A stretch of DNA of 61,325 nucleotides, filler included. It is 4 parts of 4 records of this genome, joined end to end, with 100 filler letters (N's around TTAATTAATTAA, not from the genome) between each part and the next. Parts side by side here need not be neighbours in the genome. Positions count along the whole stretch, not along the records: positions 36,897 to 61,325 come from SRR2962707_3480; 3 more parts are not named here. The stretch is one strand, 5' to 3'. Position numbers and translations under genes: made by a program. Under the pieces are notes generated by a model, which searched no databases, was not told the origin of the DNA, and saw nothing but the letters and a program-made list of their open reading frames with translations. Shown here piece after piece: positions 39,529-49,639 of the stretch. Numbering within the stretch: the stretch's first letter is position 1; the number at the start of each line of letters is the position of its first letter.

Positions 39529-40412
39529 CCATCACCATCCAAAGGCGTGGGGAAGAATTTCTTGAGCCAAGCTGTGATCAGCGCTTTGGTGTGAGGTGCG
39601 TCTTCGTCTGACAATGGGAAATGCGACACCCCAGTCGGGACCATAAGTTCGGCATTGGCACCGGCCTTTTCAAACAGCCGCAGCGATTGTTCCATCGGCG
39701 TGATCACATCTCCTGCTGTGTGGAACAGCAACAAAGGGCGCGGTGCAATGTCTGCAACCACGTCTTCGGCGCGGAAATTGTACATGCTGATTGCGGTTTC
39801 GACAGGCACTTCAAATTGCGCATGGGGGGACAGGTTTTTGCGCAGCTCTTCTGGGATCGGAACAACATCGAACCTCGACACCCACATGCTTTCCCCAGTT
39901 TCGGCCTTTTGTTTCCGGCCCTCTTCTAGAATGCCGGTAAATTTGGCCCATGCTTCAGGAGAGGGGTGCTGACCGCGGAATTTCCGTTCGCCGTCTCCCC
40001 AGCCACACAAGGACAAGACACAGGCAACGCGTTGATCCACACCGCCCGTAAAGATCGCAACGGCGGCCCCAAAGCTGTGCCCGGTAACTCCGATGCGGTC
40101 AGGGTCAACTTCTTCGCGCTGCGCGATAAAGCTTAACGCGTTACGCGTGTCGGCGACCTGATCAAAGCAGCGCACTTCGCCGCGATCCCCTTCGCTTTGG
40201 CCACAACCGCGAAAGTCGATGCGAAAGACACAGTAGCCTAAGTCTTCGATCATTCGGGCGACAAGTTCGACATGCGATTTGTCTTTTGTTCCGACAAAGC
40301 CATGAAGCACGATAAAGGTCGGGAGGCGTTGGCCGGGTTTACGCCCTTCGGGCACGTGCAGAACACCTGATAGTTTCAGGCCATCTGACATGAAGGTAAG
40401 ATCATGTTCCAT
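39525..40412 (-). CDS. Alpha/beta hydrolase
   Basis: HGF, DFRGCGQSEG, nucleophile GHSFG, and C-terminal D and H. Confidence 0.88.
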   Translation of the reverse strand: MEHDLTFMSDGLKLSGVLHVPEGRKPGQRLPTFIVLHGFVGTKDKSHVELVARMIEDLGYCVFRIDFRGCGQSEGDRGEVRCFDQVADTRNALSFIAQREEVDPDRIGVTGHSFGAAVAIFTGGVDQRVACVLSLCGWGDGERKFRGQHPSPEAWAKFTGILEEGRKQKAETGESMWVSRFDVVPIPEELRKNLSPHAQFEVPVETAISMYNFRAEDVVADIAPRPLLLFHTAGDVITPMEQSLRLFEKAGANAELMVPTGVSHFPLSDEDAPHTKALITAWLKKFFPTPLDGDG

Positions 40413-40439
40413 TTTGAATCCTTGAGTTCCGCATGTGAG

Positions 40440-41015
40440 TTAAGCGGTTCCTGCACCCCATTTGTCACAGTAGGTTTTGAAGCTATCGAGATGTGCACGC
40501 AAAAAGGCTTCGGTGTCTTCGTTGGTGATCCGGCCCGCGTCTACGTCAACTTTCCCCTTGGCTAAGGCTATCTGAACCTCTGGTTTCGCCATGATGGCCA
40601 TATCCATGCAGTGGAGCACGTGCCGAAGGCTTTCGTGGACTCGGGCACCGCCCAACAGACCAGGAGATACACTCCAGATGGCCACAGGTTTGCCGACTAA
40701 GGGCACGGGTTTTGCCCGCGAAATCCAATCGATGGCGTTTTTCAATCCGCCGGGCACTGACCAGTTATATTCAGGCGTCACAATCAAAACCGCATCCACC
40801 GCAGAGACGGCCTTGATCATGGTGTCCGCGCTTTCTGGCAGCCCGTCATCAAGAATATCTTGATTGAACAAGGGCAGGGTGCCTGGGTTGGGCAGGAGTT
40901 CACATTCAAATCCGGCTGGCGCCAGGCCAAGGGCCGACCGCGCAACAGCGCGCGAAAGCGACCCTTTTCTCAATGAACCTTCAAGTATACCAAGTTTGGT
41001 CACGTTGTTTTCCAT
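40440..41015 (-). CDS. NAD(P)H-dependent FMN reductase (ChrR/SsuE family)
   Basis: GSLRKGS, TPEYNWSVPGGLKNAIDW, SPGLLGG. Confidence 0.92.
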   Translation of the reverse strand: MENNVTKLGILEGSLRKGSLSRAVARSALGLAPAGFECELLPNPGTLPLFNQDILDDGLPESADTMIKAVSAVDAVLIVTPEYNWSVPGGLKNAIDWISRAKPVPLVGKPVAIWSVSPGLLGGARVHESLRHVLHCMDMAIMAKPEVQIALAKGKVDVDAGRITNEDTEAFLRAHLDSFKTYCDKWGAGTA

Positions 41016-41039
41016 TCAATCACTAAAGAAGTTTCCGAT

Positions 41040-41942
41040 TTATTGCGGAGCGCCCCATGGGAATTTATGCGCCAACCACGCGGCTGGGGCAGGTTCTCCC
41101 CACACGTTCATGACTCGGACATTTTCCGGTCTTTTCAGCGCAGTAATCACATTGGGTTCAAACCGGTCGTCATCCATGATCGAGGCCATGCCTCCGGCGC
41201 ATTCAACCATGGCCCCGCAGGAATCGACATAATAGGCATAGGTGTTATCGCCCGGACGGTGGCGTCCCGGACCCCAGGACATCATCTTGTCTTGGGTGTC
41301 GAGCAAGTCGCCCAAATGGCAGTAATCTGAGAACTCGTTGACTTCCCATGAGTAGTGATGAAGTCCGGTCGGGCCACGCACAATGCCCAGAATATGGTGC
41401 AGACGGTTGCCGCCACGCATCCAGCTCAGGCTGTCATCGACCATCCGTTCCGACAGCCGCAAACCCATGATCTGTTCCAATTGCGCACGCGTCTCGGTTG
41501 GTTCGGGTGAGGTAATGTTGACATGGTCGATCCGTAGCGGGGCAATCCCGGTTGATGCTTTGCGTCGGCCATAAAGTTCATCCGCGATAGGGGAGTGGAC
41601 TTCAAAGGTATGTCCTTGAGGTGTGACAAAACTCATGCCGTTGCGGCAGCAGGACAGGCTGGCTTCATTTGTGACCAGTCGGCAGCCTGCGGCCTCTACC
41701 CGGCTGGCTGCTTCGGCGACCGCGTCCTCAGACACGGCATCAAATCCGATTGAACGGACAGAATTTTCGGACGCCTTGTGCAAAACCAATTCAGCCTGAC
41801 GCCCGTTCGAGGATAGCCAGACAGAGCCTTCATGTTCTTGCGTTACATGTAGGCCAAGGATCGAAGTCGACTCCTGAACCAGAGCATCAACGTCGATCAC
41901 GTTCAGCTGCACATGTCCGAGTGCGTTGACCAAATAGCTCAT
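41040..41942 (-). CDS. Type I extradiol ring-cleavage dioxygenase (VOC family, catechol 2,3-dioxygenase-like)
   Basis: LGHV, RIDHVN, HHIL, GLHHYSWE and WGPGRH..YAYYVD...MVE (metal ligands H/H/E). Start MSYLV follows a GGAGG RBS. Confidence 0.88.
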   Translation of the reverse strand: MSYLVNALGHVQLNVIDVDALVQESTSILGLHVTQEHEGSVWLSSNGRQAELVLHKASENSVRSIGFDAVSEDAVAEAASRVEAAGCRLVTNEASLSCCRNGMSFVTPQGHTFEVHSPIADELYGRRKASTGIAPLRIDHVNITSPEPTETRAQLEQIMGLRLSERMVDDSLSWMRGGNRLHHILGIVRGPTGLHHYSWEVNEFSDYCHLGDLLDTQDKMMSWGPGRHRPGDNTYAYYVDSCGAMVECAGGMASIMDDDRFEPNVITALKRPENVRVMNVWGEPAPAAWLAHKFPWGAPQ

Positions 41943-42004
41943 CTCATCCTCCCTCAAGGCTTTCTGTTTTTAAAACCTAGCACGCAGTTTCTGACTCAGC
42001 AAAC

Positions 42005-42034
42005 ATTTTCGAAAATTTTATAATTTTAGAAAAA
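42005..42034. promoter_or_regulatory. Putative GntR operator (tandem site) upstream of the dioxygenase
   Basis: ATTTTCGAAAAT-N6-ATTTTAGAAAAA; the same architecture occurs at 42946-42975. Confidence 0.7.
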
Positions 42035-42085
42035 GACGTGAAAGCCGAAGTGTGACCTACGTATGATTGTGTGACAATTGACCCG

Positions 42086-42931
42086 TCAAAGCTCAGCTGC
42101 GACGGAATTGGACAAAGTGCCGATCCCGTCAATTTCGATATCCACAACGTCGCCGGGGCGAAGAAACTCTGGCGGCTTTCGGGTGATTCCGAATCCGGTG
42201 CATGTCCCGGTGACGATGACATCTCCGGGAAGCAGCGGTGCAAAAGTGGAAATATACGAAATGAGGTAGGGGATATCGAAGATCATACGCGACGTGTTCG
42301 TGCGTTGTTTCTCGACACCATTAACCCGAGTCACCAGAGACACGCCTTGTGTCTTGATGTCCAAATCGGCGGCCTCGACCATCCACGGGCCAAATGCGCC
42401 CGTGCCGGTAAAGTTCTTACCCGGTGTGAATTGATGCGAGTGCTTTTGCCAATCCCGCACACTTCCGTCGTTGTAAATGGAATAGCCCGCAACATGAGAC
42501 ATGGCTTGCTCGGACGGAATATGCCGACCACCCTTGCCAATAATGACCGCCAACTCGCCCTCAAAATCCAATCTCTCTGAAGAGCGTGGCTGAATCAATG
42601 GGGTGCCGTGAGCAATCTGCGAGCTGGGCAGACGCAGAAACAGAACCGGATAATCAGGCGCTTTTGCAGCGTCAATCCCGTCCTCATAGTAATTCAACGC
42701 AGCCATGACGATCTTGTCGGGGTTTGGGATAACCGGCAGCAAATCAACGTCATCGAATTCGTAATCCGGACGTTCGAGCCCATGGCTCAGATACTCTGGC
42801 GTCCCTTCGGAAAGAAAAGCCTTGAGATCGGGGAAACGGCCTTCTGATCGGCGTCCAAGATCTATGAGACCCGTGCCTAAAAGGACGCCCCAGGTCGGCG
42901 TTCCATTCACTGAAAAAGAAGTCAGTTTCAT
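42086..42931 (-). CDS. Fumarylacetoacetate hydrolase family protein
   Basis: LDFEGELAVIIG, GYSIYNDGSVRDWQ, GKNF, PGDVIVTGT. Confidence 0.92.
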   Translation of the reverse strand: MKLTSFSVNGTPTWGVLLGTGLIDLGRRSEGRFPDLKAFLSEGTPEYLSHGLERPDYEFDDVDLLPVIPNPDKIVMAALNYYEDGIDAAKAPDYPVLFLRLPSSQIAHGTPLIQPRSSERLDFEGELAVIIGKGGRHIPSEQAMSHVAGYSIYNDGSVRDWQKHSHQFTPGKNFTGTGAFGPWMVEAADLDIKTQGVSLVTRVNGVEKQRTNTSRMIFDIPYLISYISTFAPLLPGDVIVTGTCTGFGITRKPPEFLRPGDVVDIEIDGIGTLSNSVAAEL

Positions 42932-42945
42932 TCGGAATACTTTCT

Positions 42946-42975
42946 ATTTTCGAAAATATATGTATCTTGGAAAAA
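42946..42975. promoter_or_regulatory. Putative GntR operator (tandem site) in the divergent promoter
   Basis: ATTTTCGAAAAT-N6-ATCTTGGAAAAA, with a perfect 14-bp palindrome TATTTTCGAAAATA at 42945-42958. Confidence 0.7.
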
Positions 42976-43112
42976 GTTATTGGGAAAGAAATTTCTTTGA
43001 CCTTCTGGTCTATGGCGTGGTTTTGAAGGTATTCAGACGTTTGGAAAGGGTTCTCGACAGCCCATCAAAGGAGCATGACTTTGCTTAAGCCATCTGCGGA
43101 ACGGAGCATCAC

Positions 43113-43811
43113 TTGAACAAGTCCTTGGAATCCAGCAATCGGAAATCATCCCGAGGCGGTGAATCGTCTTCTGGTCAGGATGTTTTGACTCGTCTTCGCA
43201 CTGATATCGTCAGCAGTGTGTTCGAGCCTGAAACCCGATTGAAATTTGCCGATATGACAAAGCGGTATGATGTCGGGATTGGCACCTTGCGCGAGGCATT
43301 GTCGCAGCTTGTATCCGAAGGGTTTGTCACTTTGGAGGCGGGCAAGGGGTTCAAAGTGTCGCCGGTTTCGGCGGAAGAGCTGATCGAGATTACAGATCAT
43401 TTCATCGATCTGGAAAAACGGGCCGTGCGTAATGCAATTGAAAATGGCGATGAAGATTGGGAAGCCAATATCGTGGCCGTCCATCACCGTCTAAGCCTGA
43501 TTGAAGGCGTCCCTTGGGCCGTGCGTATGGAGCGGCATTCTGAATGGGTTCAGCGGCATCGGGAATTTCACGAGGCTTTGGTGTCTGCCTGCACCGGGCG
43601 GTGGCTTTTTCGTCTTCGCTCTATCATGTTTGATCAACTAGACCGCTACCGCTTTGTCACTAAGAAAACGCCCGAAGGCTTGGGGGGGCGGAAGTTCGAA
43701 GAGCATCGCGAAATCATGGTCGCCACTTTGGCACGGGATGCCGATCTGGCCAGCGAATTGATGGAAAAACACATCCGCGACACTTCAGATCGTGCCATCA
43801 AACTGCTTTAG
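43113..43811 (+). CDS. GntR family regulator (FCD domain)
   Basis: wHTH TLREALSQLVSEG; FCD domain HREFHEALV...EHREI. Confidence 0.92.
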   Translation: MNKSLESSNRKSSRGGESSSGQDVLTRLRTDIVSSVFEPETRLKFADMTKRYDVGIGTLREALSQLVSEGFVTLEAGKGFKVSPVSAEELIEITDHFIDLEKRAVRNAIENGDEDWEANIVAVHHRLSLIEGVPWAVRMERHSEWVQRHREFHEALVSACTGRWLFRLRSIMFDQLDRYRFVTKKTPEGLGGRKFEEHREIMVATLARDADLASELMEKHIRDTSDRAIKLL

Positions 43812-43963
43812 GATGGCGGCTGTGCCGACTGGCTATTGCCTTCGCCTATGCATGAGTGTTCAACCAATTTGATGGGCTGAAGCCTGAAGAGAGAAAAGTG
43901 CAGAGGCGCCTTAGTTCGCGCACTGCCAATGAAATACAGCGCAAAATCCAAAGTGTTCTTCTG

Positions 43964-44782
43964 CTAGGTTTTGCCGAGCTTTGCGATCATCTGACGGCGT
44001 AGCTTGCGCATCCCTCCGATCCAACGGTCGTAGTTCGCCGACTTTTTACGCATGTAGCCCAGAACTTCTGGATGAGGCAGGATCAGGAAGGTCTCATCCC
44101 GGATTGCCTTAACACAGGCTTGTGCGCACAGCTCTGCCGAGATCATGCCATCAACTCCGGCGGTCCCTGGTCCATTTGCCGTCATCGCCGTCGCAACAGC
44201 TTGTGGGCAAAGAACCGATACTTTGATCCCCTGATCGCTATGCGAAAATGCCAACCATTCCGCCAATCCAACGCTCGCGTGTTTCGAAACCGCATAGGGT
44301 GCGGCCCCGATCTGATTGAGCAACCCGGCGGCCGAAGCCGTGTTCAACAGATAGCCGCCGCCGCGCGCAATCATCCGGGGCACCACATGCCGCGCGGCAT
44401 AGACCTGGCTCATTACATTGACGTCCCAGACCCTTTGCCAATCTGCGTTCGGGCGGTCGACACCGCCATCAACAAAAATCCCTGCATTTGAGCAAAACAG
44501 ATCAATGGCGCCGATCGTTGTCTCGACAGTCTCGATCAGCGACGCGATTTGATCTTCGTTTGTGACGTCGATTTCAAAAGAATGACCGCCGACCTCTGTT
44601 GCGGTTTTTTGCGCCCCGTTTCCCTCAATGTCGACGCAGATCAGGTGAACATTTTCCTTCGCAAGCTCATGGCACAAGGCCCGCCCAATACCGCTGGCCG
44701 CACCGGTCACAACGGCAATCTTGGGAAATGCACGATGTTTTATGTTTTGTCTTTTCGTGTCTGTCGGGTCTTGGTCTGTCAT
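43964..44782 (-). CDS. Short-chain dehydrogenase/reductase
   Basis: VTGAASGIG, SNAG, NTASAAG and YAVSK (YxxxK). Start is uncertain (the ORF is open to 44836). Confidence 0.9.
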   Translation of the reverse strand: MTDQDPTDTKRQNIKHRAFPKIAVVTGAASGIGRALCHELAKENVHLICVDIEGNGAQKTATEVGGHSFEIDVTNEDQIASLIETVETTIGAIDLFCSNAGIFVDGGVDRPNADWQRVWDVNVMSQVYAARHVVPRMIARGGGYLLNTASAAGLLNQIGAAPYAVSKHASVGLAEWLAFSHSDQGIKVSVLCPQAVATAMTANGPGTAGVDGMISAELCAQACVKAIRDETFLILPHPEVLGYMRKKSANYDRWIGGMRKLRRQMIAKLGKT

Positions 44783-44968
44783 GGTGTTTCCCAATTTTTT
44801 ACCGTCCTTTGGGATGCGCAAATCCCAGAACCGCAACCTGTCTTGATAGAGCGTTCAACCCTGCCAACCCTTGCCCCAAAGGGTTCAACAGGTTCATGCG
44901 CGTCAATGGAAATTTGTATCTGGCGCCTTCACGACATTCCCGTTGATGGGGTGTCATAGACGAAGCCG

Positions 44969-46030
44969 TCAAAGCCGCTGTCTGCGAAGTTCCATCAGGA
45001 AAAGCATGGCCATGGCTTGTCCGTACGGGGCGGCCACATTGGGCAATTCGTTGTAAAAAGCCAAAGTGTCTCCCATCGGTGTGCCATCTGAGACATCCGC
45101 CAGGATCCCGTCGTCACCGATCCGCGCGAGGATGGCATCTCTTGCGAGTAGGGCGATGTTGACGGCGTCTTTTGGTAGCAACTCTTGGCGCAAACCGGCG
45201 AGGGCGCCATAGCCAAGTCCAGCGGTTGCCGATGCCTCAACAGGGCCCGAGGGATCATCCAACAAGGTGTGAACCATGCCATCATCGCGCTGGTAGCGCG
45301 CAACGGCGTCCATCTGACTACAAAGCACGTTGCGCAAATAGCGCGCCAAAACCGGATCATCCGGAGGCGCGATGGCAAATAATTCCGGGATCGCGATCGA
45401 GACCCAGGCGTTGCCCCGCGCCCAGCGCGCCCGCGCAAAATGGTGACGGCCTTCGAATGTCCAGCCATGGAAAAACAATCCGGTTTCCGGATCGGCAAGA
45501 AACCGAATGTGGATCAGATATTGGTAATGCGCTTCGGCAACGAGGTCCGGGCGGTCACACATTTTTCCGGTCTGGGCAAGAAACAGCACAGCCATGACCA
45601 GTGTGTCATCCCACAATTGACCGGGGCGCCGACCTTCTTTGACCACATGCTCAAAACCACCTTCTTCGGTTTTGGGCAGGTCTGAAATCAACCACTCTGC
45701 CCAATCAAGGCACAGAGCGCGCCAACCGTCATGATTTAGGGCTTCGGCCAAACAAGCCAGAGCGAGCATCGGCGCGGTCGAATTGACCTGGCGGGGTGGA
45801 ATGCCTCGGTTGATCTGGCGGTCATACCATCGTCCCAACCGGTCCATCGCGGCCTTGTCGGTGCGGGCCTCTGCATCGCGAAACGCCCCATAGAGACCTA
45901 CGCCAACTTCCCAGTCCCATTCATCAAAGAGAATCTCGTCTGCCGAGTGGGCGTCGGTGGCCCCAATGCCCTTGAGGCGCGCAAAACCTTGGGCCAACCG
46001 GGCAATGGCCGTGTCGATGTCATTGGTCAA
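44969..46030 (-). CDS. GH105 unsaturated uronyl/rhamnogalacturonyl hydrolase (YteR/YesR-like)
   Basis: WDWEVGVGLYG, QLWDDTLVM, TGLFFHGW, WARGNAW, EASATA, YGQAM. Confidence 0.88.
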   Translation of the reverse strand: MTNDIDTAIARLAQGFARLKGIGATDAHSADEILFDEWDWEVGVGLYGAFRDAEARTDKAAMDRLGRWYDRQINRGIPPRQVNSTAPMLALACLAEALNHDGWRALCLDWAEWLISDLPKTEEGGFEHVVKEGRRPGQLWDDTLVMAVLFLAQTGKMCDRPDLVAEAHYQYLIHIRFLADPETGLFFHGWTFEGRHHFARARWARGNAWVSIAIPELFAIAPPDDPVLARYLRNVLCSQMDAVARYQRDDGMVHTLLDDPSGPVEASATAGLGYGALAGLRQELLPKDAVNIALLARDAILARIGDDGILADVSDGTPMGDTLAFYNELPNVAAPYGQAMAMLFLMELRRQRL

Positions 46031-48515
46031 CTGAGTTCTCCCATGGGGTTAATGCAACACCGTTCCACCCGAAATGTGGTGTCGGGGACAAGGGGGTAAA
46101 GGGGCTGTCATGGCCGTCACGGGCAAACCGTCCGTCGGACCAAAGGGTCAATGCGGGCGCGCCGTCGCCATCTGAGTTCACATTCAGGCACAAGGACTGA
46201 ACGTCGAACTGCGGGGACAGTCGCCCTAGGCGGGCTTCAAAGGTGGATTTTGTTTCGTTGGGGCGGCGTAAGGCGACACACCAACCGGCTTGTGGCGCAT
46301 GTGCCCGCCAAAGCGCGTCTCGATATAGCCCCTGAGTTTCCATCTCTAGCGGGTACGAACACCAAACCGCCACGGACTTGGCGAAAAGCATCCAAGGACC
46401 AAAGGTTTCGGGCTCGCCAAGCCCGTCAGGCGGCGCAAAAATTTGACTGTGGGGCAGGTCTGTCCAGTCGCGGTCAAGATCGAAAACCATCAACGCGGTC
46501 GGCCCGGCTTGCGCCACGGCAGGCATAACGTGGCTTCCTGCCAAGAGCGACGGGCGCCTTTCCCCCCAAGGGCGGGCTTCACCAGGGTGATTAATCCATA
46601 AACGCGCCAGCGGATGTCGGGCCAGTTGAACGTCGATCACCTGCGCCTGATGACCTTGTCCACCAGGGTTCAAATCTCGCACCGTCGACAATTGCACCTC
46701 GGCTGATTTCCACAGGGTAAGCCGTCCGGCGTGGTCCGCTCCTTGGGTATAGGCGGCTTCCAACGCATCGCCCTTGGGTGGTTCGGCCAACTGGCCAAGA
46801 CCCTGGGGTGGGGCATAATCAGACAAACAGAACAAGGCCGCGGCCCGATCATATCCGGCGATGAATTCACCACCAAGGGCGATGGCCATGACAGAGCCCA
46901 ATTCGGTATGCGGTCCAGCAAGCAATTCTTTTTCGTAACAACGCCCTTGCGTTCCCGCTGGAACGCCGCCGGTTGTATGTAGCGCGGCCATGACAAAAAT
47001 CTGATCAATAACCTTGCGTGCCCGCTCGCGTTGCGCGGGCACCATGTCGTAAATGGTTAATAATCCAAGGAGATCGATCGGGTAATACGCGGCTGAGTTC
47101 CATTCGCACAGCCCATCCTCATCAATCGCATCAAACCACTGGGTCAGTCTGGCAAGCGCTAATGACTTCTGTTCTGCGCCACACCGATTTGACGTTGGAA
47201 AAACCTCGTCCGGGAACAAGTCTCCGGCAACTGCCTGTGCGGCGTGAAAACACAAAACGTGATTTTCAGACCAAAACCACATCACATCATTGCCCGGCTC
47301 GCCGAGCCAGTATCGGTAGTTGAGAAATGCAGCCCGCATCCGTTGCCTTAAGTCTTTTGGCAAAACTTGCGCGTAATCGCGCCAAAGGCGCAGCAACGGT
47401 AGGATCGTAAAATCTGAACAGTCAAACCTGTCTTCGATGGTTGTCAGTGCGGTCTCGATCATCCGCCGCATGCGTAGGTCTGACTGACCGCTTGCCGCAA
47501 GGCAAAGCGCGACAGATGCTTCAAACCCGTTGCTGTTTTTTATGAGATCACGGGCCGTCGATTTACGGGCCGACAATGACCCGGATAAAGCCCGTCCCTT
47601 GCGCAGCAACGTTGTTCCCAAGAGCCGAAAAAGCCGAGCGCCTTGAACGTTTGTTGTCACAGGAATAGCCAAGCAACCGGGCGGCAAATCGCGTGCATTT
47701 GCCAGAACCGCTTTGGGCCTTTGTGCCGTTAGGCTTGCCAAAACTTTACTTCGTTCGTCCGGGTCTGCAGTCAGACCGCCACGCCCAAATGGACCCATGT
47801 TCTCAATGGTGAGCGTGAGGGGGGAGCGTGGCAAAACATCCGCGACAAGGGTAATGACATCAATGTCTTGATGGGCGATTTTTTCAGTCCTCAGCCCAGC
47901 CAATACAGCGGCGACATCGGCGATTTCTTCAGGTTCGAACCCGGGGGGCAGGCCAGTTTCAACACCATTGCCTTTGACCAAATGAAGCGAGAAAAAGCAG
48001 GTGGTGTCGCGTTCATGCAGATCTTCCAGGCGCAACGTAAGAGTTTGGTCCTTACCGTTGAATGCCAACTCAACCTCACAGCTCGCGGGCGTGTTTCGTG
48101 TGAAGGGTTCGAACTTGGCGACCGGTTCCCCATCCAACCAAATCCGCACGCCTCCACAGGTCACTATTCGAAACAGGGCGCGGCTGTCGGCAGGGCCACG
48201 AATCTGGCTTTGAAATGAATGTGCGACAAGCGTTGGGCAATGACAAAACTGAGAGAAATCGATCTCTCCGTCCTCTGGTCCAACCACCAGATCTGAATAC
48301 GGGCCTTCAGGGCAGGGGATTACTCTGTTCGGGAGTGCGTTGCGCAAGGCTTCGCGGCAAGGAAGATCACCTGTATCGACCCATCCGTTGCGAAACCGAT
48401 AGGTCACGGTATCTGGCATTGGGCGTGGATTTCCCGGGTAATACTGGGACATGGGCTGCGCCATCGCCCAATGGGTGACCGGTTTGGTTCTGGCAAGACG
48501 CGACCAACCTTGCAT
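46020..48515 (-). CDS. Large hypothetical protein, possible alpha/alpha-toroid carbohydrate-active enzyme
   Basis: 831-aa ORF coupled to GH105, with motif-like segments RFDCSDF, MWFWSENH, EWNSAAYYPID and WINHPGE. Confidence 0.6.
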   Translation of the reverse strand: MQGWSRLARTKPVTHWAMAQPMSQYYPGNPRPMPDTVTYRFRNGWVDTGDLPCREALRNALPNRVIPCPEGPYSDLVVGPEDGEIDFSQFCHCPTLVAHSFQSQIRGPADSRALFRIVTCGGVRIWLDGEPVAKFEPFTRNTPASCEVELAFNGKDQTLTLRLEDLHERDTTCFFSLHLVKGNGVETGLPPGFEPEEIADVAAVLAGLRTEKIAHQDIDVITLVADVLPRSPLTLTIENMGPFGRGGLTADPDERSKVLASLTAQRPKAVLANARDLPPGCLAIPVTTNVQGARLFRLLGTTLLRKGRALSGSLSARKSTARDLIKNSNGFEASVALCLAASGQSDLRMRRMIETALTTIEDRFDCSDFTILPLLRLWRDYAQVLPKDLRQRMRAAFLNYRYWLGEPGNDVMWFWSENHVLCFHAAQAVAGDLFPDEVFPTSNRCGAEQKSLALARLTQWFDAIDEDGLCEWNSAAYYPIDLLGLLTIYDMVPAQRERARKVIDQIFVMAALHTTGGVPAGTQGRCYEKELLAGPHTELGSVMAIALGGEFIAGYDRAAALFCLSDYAPPQGLGQLAEPPKGDALEAAYTQGADHAGRLTLWKSAEVQLSTVRDLNPGGQGHQAQVIDVQLARHPLARLWINHPGEARPWGERRPSLLAGSHVMPAVAQAGPTALMVFDLDRDWTDLPHSQIFAPPDGLGEPETFGPWMLFAKSVAVWCSYPLEMETQGLYRDALWRAHAPQAGWCVALRRPNETKSTFEARLGRLSPQFDVQSLCLNVNSDGDGAPALTLWSDGRFARDGHDSPFTPLSPTPHFGWNGVALTPWENSVDQ

Positions 48516-48608
48516 TTCGTGACCCCTCCCAAAGTGACGCTATATCGGGAGTATTGACCAAAGCTTATGCAACTTGCAATCTGTGTCAGACATCTGGGGA
48601 GACGTAGG

Positions 48609-49499
48609 ATGACACTGCGAGATGAGGTTGGGAAACTCCTTGGACCGGATTGGCAAAACACTAGTCTAAAACTACTGGCAGATGATCCAACAAAGTATCA
48701 AGACCTGCGCCGGATGCGTTTCAAATCGTCCAACGGAGATGAGGTTCCTGCATTGTATCTGCCGTCGCGTAACGGTTCAGCGGTGCTTTATTGCCATGCC
48801 CATGGTGCCCGATATGACATTGGTCTGAGCGAACTCACTGATGGGCGGCCCGCCTTGCATTCCGCCTATTTGGACGCGCTGGCCCGTCGAGGCTGGGGGA
48901 TTCTCTGCCTTGAGATGCCCTGTTTTGGGGAGCGGGCTGATATGACCGAAGCTGCGACAGCCAAGGCGAGGCTTTGGCTGGGCAGAACGCTTTTTGGTCA
49001 AATGCTGGCAGAACAAAGCGCCGGAAGAGATTGGCTGGCTGCTCAATCAGGAATCGATCCGGCCAAGATTGCGGTGATGGGCGTTTCTATGGGGGGCACT
49101 CTGGCTTGGTGGCTTGCTGCGATGCGGGATGGTTTCGCAGCTGCGGTGTCAATTGCCTGTTTTGCCGATTTAGAGGGGCTGGTTGAAAGTGGGGCTCATG
49201 ATGGGCACGGCATTTACATGACCGTGCCGGGGCTTTTGCCTTTGGTCAGTAGTGGAACGCTTTGCGGTGCGGCAGCGCCAACACCTATGCTTCATTGCGT
49301 AGGATTCAACGATTGGAGCACACCGGAAGCCGCTTTCAACAAAGCGCGCTCAGACTTAGAAGCCGCCTATTCGGCGCAGCGAGCCAGGCCGAATCTGAAA
49401 TTTGTTACGGACGCTGACTGCGGTCATGAAGAAACAGCGGCCATGCGCCAGTCTATTCTGGCATTCTTAGAGACGCATCTGGGATCAGATCAACCTTGA
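48609..49499 (+). CDS. Alpha/beta hydrolase (dienelactone hydrolase / carbohydrate esterase-like)
   Basis: YCHAHG, CFGER, nucleophile GVSMGG, GHEET. Start probably at 48609. Confidence 0.8.
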   Translation: MTLRDEVGKLLGPDWQNTSLKLLADDPTKYQDLRRMRFKSSNGDEVPALYLPSRNGSAVLYCHAHGARYDIGLSELTDGRPALHSAYLDALARRGWGILCLEMPCFGERADMTEAATAKARLWLGRTLFGQMLAEQSAGRDWLAAQSGIDPAKIAVMGVSMGGTLAWWLAAMRDGFAAAVSIACFADLEGLVESGAHDGHGIYMTVPGLLPLVSSGTLCGAAAPTPMLHCVGFNDWSTPEAAFNKARSDLEAAYSAQRARPNLKFVTDADCGHEETAAMRQSILAFLETHLGSDQP

Positions 49500-49558
49500 T
49501 GGGACGCACACCCATAGGTAGTTTTCTAAGTTTTCCTAAGGGGAGGTCGTTGAATTTG

Positions 49559-49586
49559 TTGACATGTGTATGCGCTAACATATTAG
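49559..49586 (+). promoter_or_regulatory. Sigma70 promoter with overlapping LacI-type operator for the ABC operon
   Basis: TTGACA (49559-49564)-N16-TATTAG. The spacer contains the near-palindrome TGTATGCGCTAACA (49567-49580), close to a TGTTAGCGCTAACA LacI-type site. Confidence 0.6.
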
Positions 49587-49639
49587 TGTAGCTGGGAGAC
49601 AAAAGGCGCGAAAGTGCTTGAAAAAATAGGGAGGAAACT

